DNA of 63,748 nt, filler included, from Octopus bimaculoides (lineage: Eukaryota), in the NCBI RefSeq assembly GCF_001194135.2. It is 3 parts of 3 records of this genome, joined end to end, with 100 filler letters (N's around TTAATTAATTAA, not from the genome) between each part and the next. Parts side by side here need not be neighbours in the genome. Positions count along the whole stretch, not along the records: positions 1 to 28,478 come from NC_068986.1; 2 more parts are not named here. One strand, 5' to 3'. Position 1 is the first letter of the stretch; each line of letters begins with the position of its first letter. The notes under the pieces are model-generated. The model did not search any database. It saw only the letters and a program-made list of their open reading frames with translations, and was not told the origin of the DNA. A program made the position numbers and the translations under genes. Shown here piece after piece: positions 1 to 10,200 of this stretch.

Positions 1-37
<37 letters not shown>

Positions 38-118
38 ATATATATATATATATATATTTATGCATAGATATACGTATATTTACACACATACCCACATATA
101 CATTTGTATATATCTAAA

Positions 119-155
<37 letters not shown>

Positions 156-230
156 GTAAATATATGTATACATATGTATGTATGAGCATGTATGTATATA
201 TATAAATGTATTTATGTATGTATGTATATA

Positions 231-269
<39 letters not shown>

Positions 270-470
270 ATATACATATTATATATGTATATATATATAT
301 ATATATATATGTATATTACCCAGATATGCATCTATATATACATGTAGATGTAGGTATGTACATATATGCACGTATATATGCATATACTCACATATTATTT
401 GTATTATTATATGTATATATATATGTATATATATGTATATATATATATAAATGTAAATATATATATTCAC
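1..470. repeat. Compound (TCTA)n/(TA)n/(TATG)n microsatellite
   Basis: Directly visible simple repeats; the YIYI-type ORFs here are by-products. Confidence 0.95.
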
Positions 471-472
471 AT

Positions 473-791
473 GGGTTACGGAATGGAGTAGATAAAATCC
501 AGGCTACATGTGTCATAGTGAGCGGAACCTCAGGAGTGATCAATATCCAAGCGAGGTGTATACCACAAGCTACTCTTCAGGCCAAAGATATCTTGATTGA
601 ATGAAGTTTACAATGTTAACGCGTGGAAGATTCAATCGGACAATGTAACCTTTAATTTAATTTAACCAAGATATCCTTGGCCTGAAAGGTAGCCTGCGGT
701 GTACACCTCACTTGGATATTTACCACTTCTGAAGTCTCGCTCGCTGTGAAACACATATAGCCCGCACCTTATCTACTCCATTCCGTAACCC
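473..791. mobile_element. Palindromic (fold-back) MITE-like element, arms about 473-598 and 663-791
   Basis: GGGTTACGGAATGGAGTAGATAA at 473 is the exact reverse complement of the 23 nt ending at 791. The arms align over ~126 nt with ~21 substitutions and one 2-nt indel (hand count). No clear TSD. Confidence 0.75.
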
Positions 792-1552
792 TTGTATTCT
801 TATTCGCACACCCGGCAACTCTTGTTGCCTACTGTGAAATATAAAAAGAACTTTTTTTCAGTTTATCGTACTTCGATACGGAAAAAATCCATAACCACCC
901 GTCTCAAGAAACCAATATTGTCCCTGAAAGTTGATTTTTTAAATATTTACTACGGATTGCTTGAAGCTAACTTTCATCCTACCCCTCGATCCCTGGATCT
1001 TATATATATATATATATATATNNNNNNNNNNNNNNNNNNNNNNNNNNNNNNNNNNNNNNNNNNNNNNNNNNNNNNNNNNNNNNNNNNNNNNNNNNNNNNN
1101 NNNNNNNNNNNNNNNNNNNNNNNNNNNNNNNNNNNNNNNNNNNNNNNNNNNNNNNNNNNNNNNNNNNNNNNNNNNNNNNNNNNNNNNNNNNNNNNNNNNN
1201 NNNNNNNNNNNNNNNNNNNNNNNNNNNNNNNNNNNNNNNNNNNNNNNNNNNNNNNNNNNNNNNNNNNNNNNNNNNNNNNNNNNNNNNNNNNNNNNNNNNN
1301 NNNNNNNNNNNNNNNNNNNNNNNNNNNNNNNNNNNNNNNNNNNNNNNNNNNNNNNNNNNNNNNNNNNNNNNNNNNNNNNNNNNNNNNNNNNNNNNNNNNN
1401 NNNNNNNNNNNNNNNNNNNNNNNNNNNNNNNNNNNNNNNNNNNNNNNNNNNNNNNNNNNNNNNNNNNNNNNNNNNNNNNNNNNNNNNNNNNNNNNNNNNN
1501 NNNNNNNNNNNNNNNNNNNNNNNNNNNNNNNNNNNNNNNNNNNNNNNNNNNN

Positions 1553-1893
1553 GATCCGATCAACGGAACAGCCTGCTCGTGAAATCGAGCGTGCAAGTGG
1601 CTGAGCACTCCACAGACACGTGTACCCTTAACGTAGTTCTCGGGGATATTCAGCGTGACACAGTGTGACAAGGCTGACCCTTTGAATTACAGGAACAACA
1701 GAAACAAGAAGTAAGAGTGAGAGAAAGTTGTGGTGGAAGAGTACAGCAGGGTTCACCACCATCCCCCTGCTAGAGCCTCGTGGAGCTTTAGGTGTTTTCG
1801 CTCAGTAAACACTCACAACGACCGGTCTGGGAATCGAAACCACGATCCTATGACCGCGAGTCCACTGCCCTAACCACTGGGTCATTGCGCCTC
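1553..1893 (-). mobile_element. tRNA-derived SINE, family A (3' end lost in gap)
   Basis: Minus strand starts GGAGGCGCAATGACCCAGTGGTTAGGG...GGTTTCGATTCCCAGACC (A/B-box-like). Aligns along its length with the + copy at 16050-16400. Confidence 0.85.
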
Positions 1894-1904
1894 CACACTC
1901 GTGG

Positions 1905-2200
1905 GTTATGTAGACTTTATGTGAAGGCGCTGAGTCTTGTTGAAACAGGTATGGCCCTCTGCATGTCTCATCCAAACAAGGCTTTATAATTTCCCCAAGC
2001 AGCTCAACGTATCCAACAGCGTTAATCCTAAGAGTCTGTGGAAAGATGAGTTGGCATGTCAAGATCGTTGACACTTACACCTCCCCAAACCATCACAGTT
2101 GCTGAAAATTTAGTGTGTATCACACTGGGCACATCGGAGGGATCTGCACACAACCAGCTATCATTTTTCCTGTTACACTTTTAGCCTTGGTGTTAAAGTG
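1905..2200 (-). pseudogene. Tc1/mariner transposase fragment
   Basis: Minus-strand translation with a frameshift gives NDSWLCADPSDVPSVIHTKFSATVMVWGGVS...FPQTLRINAVGYVELLGEIIKPCLDETCRGPYLFQQDSAPSH. The VMVWG and FQQDSAPSH motifs are typical of Tc1/mariner catalytic domains. Confidence 0.85.
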
Positions 2201-2289
2201 GACGACGGATTATGTTTACCGCTTAATAGGCTATGTCTCAGCTTGAACGCAGAATGCAAATAGCTGCAACAAATACCTCAAGGCATTTA

Positions 2290-2433
2290 TTCCGGTAAAA
2301 TTTTTTTATTGATCCAGAGAGGAAGAAATGCAATATTGACCTCGATGAGATTTGAACTCAGAGAGTCAAGTATCAAAACAAATGATGTGGGATATTCTAT
2401 CCGACCCTCTAACGACACGTTCGGTTCGCCGCC
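2290..2433 (-). mobile_element. Degenerate SINE, family B
   Basis: Minus strand GGCGGCGAACCG...CTGAGTTCAAATCTCATCGAGGTCAATATTGCATTTC matches the family B copies at 15383-16017 and 28715-28926. Confidence 0.65.
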
Positions 2434-2640
2434 ATATTTTATTCCTCACTAGAGTTTCTTATATTTTGACAGTTTCCCTATATCCTCCGGGGTAATGCCT
2501 CAGTAAGAAGGGATCAAGATGGCTTATCAGTTTATAGATGCTTTTGTTCATAATCATATCTAGACGGTTTATCTTGATTTCGTTGTCATTTTGTTTAGGT
2601 ATGTTTCCAGATGACGGTGACTAAGTTGTCATTTATAGTG

Positions 2641-2718
2641 TTTAATACATGTCTATACCATTTCTACATTTAATACATGTCTATACCATTTCTACATTTA
2701 ATACATGTGTATACCATT
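2641..2718 (+). repeat. 28-bp tandem repeat, about 2.8 copies
   Basis: TTTAATACATGTCTATACCATTTCTACA starts at 2641 and 2669, with a partial copy at 2697. Confidence 0.9.
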
Positions 2719-3780
2719 GATGTGTCAGTATATTCCACAGTGAACACAACTGTTGACTAGATTGTATCTCTGAATTAGCACAGCCTTGACATGGTCTGAG
2801 CAGTTTGAAACGATGTAGTCAATTGATTTGTTTTACTTGTTGCATCGTCTGCATTTGATCGTAATAACATCATTTTTCTTTTCATTATCTTATTTTCCTA
2901 ATTATTTGTGGCCAGTCACTGATCCTGTGCTGCTAAATCAGACTGTCTTTCCTGCTTTTAGAAACTTTTAGAGTTATTGTTGACTTTCAGTTCGGATAAT
3001 TCCTTTTTGTTGATTTTTATTGGTAATGGCCTCGGTATTTTGTATGTGATAGTTTCTGTTATAAAACTACCATCAGTTTGAGATGTCTTATTTATGTAGA
3101 GTATCTGCTGTTTTAGTTTTATCGCACATTTTTACTATGGTGTTATTCTATTTCAAGTTAACACTTCTTGTCATCGTTTATTATAAATCGTTGCACATTT
3201 GCTTGTGTGTTCGTAGTCACATTTTCCTCGCATGTTTTTTACTTCTCCATAGCTCATACCTTTCTATTTTAGTGCTCATGTGCAATGCGCATGGAATATT
3301 CCAATATGATAGTTCATTAATTTCAACATTCTCTTTTAATCTTAATTTTATTTCGAATGTTGGAAGTGAGATACATGCCTTTCTGTTTGGCGTTTACTTT
3401 TTTTTTGAAAGGATACCGCATCTGAATCACGTTATTTTTGCCTAATTTAAATTTGCGCTGAAAAATACATTATAGATCCTGACTCAGGCGTCTATATCCT
3501 TGTTGCTGATTGATTTAGCCATAAACATAAATGATTTGCATTTAAACAGTGTAGGATCTATTTTTAGTTTGTTTCGCTTTAGTTCTTAATGAAAATCCTT
3601 TTTTTTTGCTTTCTTTTGTTTTGCTGTATTCAAAAATTCGTTTCGTTTTGTTTGACCCGGCTGATCATTTGTTTCTATTTCTGTTTGTGCACGTATCATT
3701 TAAACAATATATTTTATGGATAATAATCATATATAACGGTTTCAAATTTGGCGAAAGGTCAAAATTTTAAAGAAATGGAT

Positions 3781-5074
3781 AGGCGCAGGAGTGGCTGTGT
3801 GGTAAGTAGCTTGCTTACCAGCCACATGGTTCCGGGTTCTGTCCCACTGCGTGGCACCTTGGGCAAGTGTCTTCTACTATAGTCTCGGGCCGACCAAAGC
3901 CTTGTGAGTGGATTTGGTAGACGGAAACTGAAAGAAGCCCGTCGTATATATGTATATGTATATATANNNNNNNNNNNNNNNNNNNNNNNNNNNNNNNNNN
4001 NNNNNNNNNNNNNNNNNNNNNNNNNNNNNNNNNNNNNNNNNNNNNNNNNNNNNNNNNNNNNNNNNNNNNNNNNNNNNNNNNNNNNNNNNNNNNNNNNNNN
4101 NNNNNNNNNNNNNNNNNNNNNNNNNNNNNNNNNNNNNNNNNNNNNNNNNNNNNNNNNNNNNNNNNNNNNNNNNNNNNNNNNNNNNNNNNNNNNNNNNNNN
4201 NNNNNNNNNNNNNNNNNNNNNNNNNNNNNNNNNNNNNNNNNNNNNNNNNNNNNNNNNNNNNNNNNNNNNNNNNNNNNNNNNNNNNNNNNNNNNNNNNNNN
4301 NNNNNNNNNNNNNNNNNNNNNNNNNNNNNNNNNNNNNNNNNNNNNNNNNNNNNNNNNNNNNNNNNNNNNNNNNNNNNNNNNNNNNNNNNNNNNNNNNNNN
4401 NNNNNNNNNNNNNNNNNNNNNNNNNNNNNNNNNNNNNNNNNNNNNNNNNNNNNNNNNNNNNNNNNNNNNNNNNNNNNNNNNNNNNNNNNNNNNNNNNNNN
4501 NNNNNNNNNNNNNNNNNNNNNNNNNNNNNNNNNNNNNNNNNNNNNNNNNNNNNNNNNNNNNNNNNNNNNNNNNNNNNNNNNNNNNNNNNNNNNNNNNNNN
4601 NNNNNNNNNNNNNNNNNNNNNNNNNNNNNNNNNNNNNNNNNNNNNNNNNNNNNNNNNNNNNNNNNNNNNNNNNNNNNNNNNNNNNNNNNNNNNNNNNNNN
4701 NNNNNNNNNNNNNNNNNNNNNNNNNNNNNNNNNNNNNNNNNNNNNNNNNNNNNNNNNNNNNNNNNNNNNNNNNNNNNNNNNNNNNNNNNNNNNNNNNNNN
4801 NNNNNNNNNNNNNNNNNNNNNNNNNNNNNNNNNNNNNNNNNNNNNNTATATATATATATATATATATTTATGTGTCTGTGTTTGTCCCCCACCGTCGCTT
4901 GACAACTGATGTTGGTGTGTTTACGTCCCCGTAACTTAGCGATTCGACAAAAGAGACCGATTGAATAAGTACTAGGCTTACAAAGAATAAGTCCTGGGGT
5001 CGATGTGTTCGACTAAAAGCGGTGCTCCAGCATGGCCGCAGTCAAATCACTGAAACAATTAAAAGAATAAAAGA
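3781..5074 (+). mobile_element. Bipartite SINE, family C: tRNA head, CORE-like segment, internal microsatellite/gap, 3' half
   Basis: Head AGGCGCAGGAGTGGCTGTGTGGTAAG...CACCTTGGGCAAGTGTCTTC (3781-3945) and 3' half GTGTCTGTGTTTGTCCCCC...GCGGTGCTCCAGCATGGCCGCAG (4872-5074) occur in the same order as in the gap-free copy at 53548-53950. Confidence 0.85.
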
Positions 5075-5110
5075 AAGGTACATATTCTGATTTAGTTAGC
5101 CCAAGGCGAA

Positions 5111-5148
<38 letters not shown>

Positions 5149-5632
5149 GTGCTCGCCGCTTCCTGCAGTTAGGAAGCAATGTAGTCTGTGGAAGTTCCAC
5201 TTTAGCAATATATAAAGGCCTAGTGGTGGGTATGAGTAATGACGCCCACGGGGAAACTATGAACTAGCTGACCTGTGTAGGAGGACTTTCGGACTGGGGA
5301 CTACGATAGATTGTTATCAAAAATCCTTGGCCTGTCAGTACTACCGAGGTGGACTACTACTTTGAGATAAACTCAGGAGGCACAGAAGCGCCGCCAGGTG
5401 GGACTATTCTAGAAGTGTGCACAGCGACGAAACTGTATTGCACACACTCGTACAAAGTCCGAATATTGCTGAGTTACGAACTTATCTTGAACGGCTGTTG
5501 TTGCGTATCGGATGAAACCGGCTATCGACCGAGTTAATCGTGAATGTCACCCCACTAAAAAAAACTTAGTGGTTATGATGAAAGATGTTCTGTGGCGAAC
5601 GAAGCTGAAACAATTGAGGGCAGACACGATGA

Positions 5633-5811
5633 AGTCCACTTCGATTTTTTTCAAGTTCTACTTCGATTTTTTCAAGTTCCATTTCGACTTTTTCAAGTTC
5701 CACTTCGATGTTCTTCAAGTTCCACTTCGATTTTTTCAAGTTCCACTTCGATTTTTTCAAGTTCTACTTCGATCTTTTCAAGTTCCACTTCGATTTTTTC
5801 AAGTTCCACTT
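5633..5811 (+). repeat. 21-bp minisatellite (AAGTTCCACTTCGATTTTTTC), about 8.5 copies
   Basis: Directly visible tandem units. Confidence 0.95.
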
Positions 5812-6149
5812 AGAAAAGAAAGTAAAGAAAAATAGACAAGTGCTCTTCCCTAGCGAATTTGTCAAAACGTGGGGGATTTAAAGGTGAATGAAACAACGAA
5901 TGGAACGAAGCATGCGTCTATTAATTGGAGTACAACAACAGTTGTATGAGGGCTTGTGCCCTTAGTGGCCAAGGTAAACCTGGGCCTGTGAATTTCTTGT
6001 CCCTAATTAAGGGCTCTTCTGTATCAGGAGGGTGGAAGCGTCCATGTGTTCACATTTTGCATGCTATGTATGCTACATTTTATACCATTCATATCATTTT
6101 ATATCATCTCTCAGCTTCCTCTATTTTTCTTTCGTTCATTATTTTATGT

Positions 6150-6535
6150 GAAACCCTTCACAAATTCTAAACTGTCCTGGTGATATCCTTCTCAACTAAT
6201 GCTCCTGACAAATAACAGAAGGTATCATATCCACCACCCAAACCACCAAGTATCGATCTCAAAATTCTAAATGTCCCCAGCAGAGCAGTTTTTTTAACTT
6301 GCTCTGCTCTCGTGTCAATTCCGATTTCTTTGACATATTCCTCGAACTTGGCTGTTAGTGTTTCGAGTGCCCCTACAACTACTAAGATGACAGACACTTT
6401 CCTCATAGTTCACATTCTAGCAATTTCGTCTTTTAGTAGTTTGTACTTTTCAGTCTTCTCTAGTTCCTTGTCACTTATGCGTGCATCCCCAAGTATTGCA
6501 ATATCTATAATCTTGGTTTCCTTTATTCCTTTATT
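6150..6535 (-). mobile_element. 3' fragment of an RLE-type non-LTR retrotransposon (R4/Dong-like)
   Basis: Minus strand reads IIDIAILGDARISDKELEKTEKYKLLKDEIARM*TMRKVSVILVVVGALE...KKTALLGTFRILRSIL. This fits the D-x-A-I-P / K..KY..L / PVVVGALG / LLGT..ILR pattern of the restriction-like endonuclease C-terminus. One in-frame stop. Confidence 0.85.
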
Positions 6536-6544
6536 TATCACATT

Positions 6545-6631
6545 GTTATTATTATTATTATTACTCTTCTTCTTCTTCTTCTTCTTCTTCTTCTTCTTCT
6601 TCTTCTTCTTCTTCTTCTTCTTCTTCTTCTT

Positions 6632-6708
<77 letters not shown>

Positions 6709-7394
6709 CATTATTAATAATAATATTATCGTCGTCGNNNNNNNNNNNNNNNNNNNNNNNNNNNNNNNNNNNNNNNNNNNNNNNNNNNNNNNNNNNNNNN
6801 NNNNNNNNNNNNNNNNNNNNNNNNNNNNNNNNNNNNNNNNNNNNNNNNNNNNNNNNNNNNNNNNNNNNNNNNNNNNNNNNNNNNNNNNNNNNNNNNNNNN
6901 NNNNNNNNNNNNNNNNNNNNNNNNNNNNNNNNNNNNNNNNNNNNNNNNNNNNNNNNNNNNNNNNNNNNNNNNNNNNNNNNNNNNNNNNNNNNNNNNNNNN
7001 NNNNNNNNNNNNNNNNNNNNNNNNNNNNNNNNNNNNNNNNNNNNNNNNNNNNNNNNNNNNNNNNNNNNNNNNNNNNNNNNNNNNNNNNNNNNNNNNNNNN
7101 NNNNNNNNNNNNNNNNNNNNNNNNNNNNNNNNNNNNNNNNNNNNNNNNNNNNNNNNNNNNNNNNNNNNNNNNNNNNNNNNNNNNNNNNNNNNNNNNNNNN
7201 NNNNNNNNNNNNNNNNNNNNNNNNNNNNNNNNNNNNNNNNNNNNNNNNNNNNNNNNNNNNNNNNNNNNNNNNNNNNNNNNNNNNNNNNNNNNNNNNNNNN
7301 NNTAGGGTGCCATACATTTGGTTTTGTACATAGAGTTGTTCTAGAGAATGTTCATTATTATTATTATTATTATTACTATTATTATTATTATTGC

Positions 7395-7434
<40 letters not shown>

Positions 7435-7438
7435 ATTA

Positions 7439-7491
<53 letters not shown>

Positions 7492-7492
7492 A
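6545..7492. repeat. (TTA)n-(TTC)n-(TTA)n and (TTA)n-(TTG)n-(TTA)n microsatellites around an N gap
   Basis: Directly visible. Confidence 0.95.
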
Positions 7493-7506
7493 TATTTTAT
7501 TTTCAG

Positions 7507-8989
7507 ATGTGAATCATACACCAATCCATTGCGCCCGTTTAAAAATCTATTGGTCGTCTGTATCGGTCACATGTTGTTCAGTATAGCTTACATTTCTTTA
7601 CGGAACCTTCAAAGCAGCATCAACCACGAAAAAGGTCTCGGCGTTACGTCATTGGCCTGCATCTATGGAGGATTCGTTTTCGGATGTGTGTTTACCACGG
7701 CAATTGTGCACCGGTTCGGACCGAAATTTACACTGGTCGCCTCCATTTTGTTTCACGTCGCCTTTTCCTTGGCCAACGCTTTCCCGTCGTTCTATTCTAT
7801 GGTGCCAGCTTCGGCGATCGCTGGGATCAGCCAGGCTGCCATGTGGACAGCCCTGGGGACGTATATAACCCACATCGCTAAAGTGGCAGCGCAGTTACAG
7901 AACAAATCGAGCGAGGCCATAATCGGTCGCTATTTCGGAATGTTTTTTGTGTTCGACGCCATTGCTCGTGTTGTTGGTTCGTTAGTGACGTCAGTAGTGA
8001 TGGAATTCGCCCCTATGATTGACAACTCCGGTCTCAAAAGCAGCAACAACAGCAGCAACAGTCGTAATAGTAGTAGTTTTAACAGCAGTAACTGGACAAC
8101 CTACCAAATAAACAGCGGTTCCTACAGCATCCCTCAGCATCGTCCGTCCAGTTTCGCGACCACGCCCAAAACGACGACAACTGCTACGCCCGTGTATGAT
8201 CCGCTTGCCCCATCGCTGGACTTTTCTAGTGTGACGTCATCAGTGCCACCACCACCACCACCCGCATCATCATTATCACCAAAAGCAATATTATTATCAA
8301 CTCCACAATCATCATCATCATCATCATCGTTATCATTATCAACATCATATTTTGTATCAGCCTCCGCAAATTCACCATCGCCATCTTCACTATCAGCATC
8401 ATCTTTATCTTCAACGGCAGCAGCAGCAACAGTAACATCATCAGCATCAGCATCATCAGTACCACCACCGCCACCACTGCCATTGTCATCCCCGCCGTCA
8501 TCACATTCGATAACAAAATCCTCTTCATCCTTATCATCGTCATCTACAGCAGCAACAACAACAGCAGCAGCATTATCCGCAACATCATCATCAACAGCAT
8601 TAACATCATCAGCAACACTAACAACATCAATAACCGATGTAAACGCAACAGTGGACAGTAAAATGTTCCTTTCCGTCCAAGAGGACATTTGCGGGCCGAA
8701 ATACTGTCATTACACATGGCCCAGCCACAACAATTTCACCATAAGCCCTAACATCCGCTTCCTTTTGGTCGCCATTTTCTGTATATGTCTTCTGATGTCC
8801 GTCCTTCTAATTGCTGTCTACTTAGACTCTGTCTACCTATCTCGGAAATTCGACCCAGATGAAGATTCTTTCAGCACAGATCTTGCCTCAACTATTCGGC
8901 TATGGACCGAACCCAGCTGGTTGCTACTAACTCCGTTGATCATTTACTGCGGGATACTAATCTCTTTTATATCAGCCGACGTTACCAAG
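7507..8989 (+). CDS. UNC93A: UNC-93-like MFS protein, first visible coding exon (TM1-TM7 plus large S/T/P/A loop); 5' partial
   Basis: Acceptor ATTTTATTTTCAG|7507; frame open from 7508 (CESYTNPLRPFKNLLVV...). Motifs AYISLRNLQSSINHEKGLGVTSL, AMWTALGTYIT, GRYFGMFF, CGPKYC and LLLTPLIIYCG match the UNC93A family pattern as recalled. Donor AAG|GTAACA after 8989, phase 0. Orthologue versus paralogue is unresolved. Confidence 0.92.
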
Positions 8990-9390
8990 GTAACAAAACT
9001 TCTTTATAACTTCTTCATAACTTTATAACTTCTTTTTAAATGTGTGTATTTGTATGTGTTCGTGTTTGTTACATTTGCTGTTGTTTAACCCCAGGCAAGG
9101 TCAACCAAGATCGAACAGATCTAAATTCGGAATTCTTTAAACTTTGTTCATCTCGTCTTTTTTTCTTTTAGAAAATTACACTTACCACAATGGCTTTCCA
9201 TTTTAAAGACGATTTTGAGTGGTTTGAGGAAAGACTTGGCTGCTATTTCTGCCACGGAGAACGACAACGTAGATGGTCCCTTCCGGTGTCTCATATGTGA
9301 TTGTATTTGGTTGTGTGTCTTTGTGCGTACATGTGCATACAGTGATTATCTCTGTCTGCCTGCCTGCCAGTCTGTCTGTATGTCTGTCTG

Positions 9391-9436
<46 letters not shown>

Positions 9437-9925
9437 NNNNNNNNNNNNNNNNNNNNNNNNNNNNNNNNNNNNNNNNNNNNNNNNNNNNNNNNNNNNNNNN
9501 NNNNNNNNNNNNNNNNNNNNNNNNNNNNNNNNNNNNNNNNNNNNNNNNNNNNNNNNNNNNNNNNNNNNNNNNNNNNNNNNNNNNNNNNNNNNNNNNNNNN
9601 NNNNNNNNNNNNNNNNNNNNNNNNNNNNNNNNNNNNNNNNNNNNNNNNNNNNNNNNNNNNNNNNNNNNNNNNNNNNNNNNNNNNNNNNNNNNNNNNNNNN
9701 NNNNNNNNNNNNNNNNNNNNNNNNNNNNNNNNNNNNNNNNNNNNNNNNNNNNNNNNNNNNNNNNNNNNNNNNNNNNNNNNNNNNNNNNNNNNNNNNNNNN
9801 NNNNNNNNNNNNNNNNNNNNNNNNNNNNNNNNNNNNNNNNNNNNNNNNNNNNNNNNNNNNNNNNNNNNNNNNNNNNNNNNNNNNNNNNNNNNNNTATAGA
9901 TATGTATGTATGTATGTATGTATGT

Positions 9926-10200
9926 ATGAACTCATCCGTCGTTAAATGACGGATGATTTCGCAATGTATTGCTGAACAGCCACACAGACGATTTATTTAT
10001 AGTGATCAAATGTCTGTACTGTGTATAAGCTCAACCTCTTCGCTAAATTGTATTTGCCTGTTAAGGCGCACAAGTGTGCTCCACGTCAGACGTCGAAATG
10101 AAATATTTTGCCCAAGAACAAAACACACTGCCCTGTTCGGGAAGCGAATCCACGATCTGGCGATCGTGATTACAACATCCTAAGCACTTGGTCACGCATC
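9926..10200 (-). mobile_element. tRNA-derived SINE, family D (intronic)
   Basis: Minus strand GATGCGTGACCAAGTGCTTAGG...GTGGATTCGCTTCCCG...TGTTCTTGGGCAA. The 3' end has a CATCCGTCATTTAACGACGGATG hairpin followed by (CATA)n. Confidence 0.6.

Noticed and set aside
1800-1893. tRNA genes (also 3781, 16050, 53548)
   Set aside because: A/B-box-like heads continue into SINE bodies and do not close a cloverleaf.
2539-2605. ATG...TTTAG|GTATGT as the missing first exon
   Set aside because: It ends in phase 1, whereas exon 7507 needs phase 2.
8134-8688. 184-aa Asp-rich minus-strand ORF
   Set aside because: Antisense shadow of the Ser/Ala/Thr triplet repeats in the real exon; no independent splice or homology evidence.
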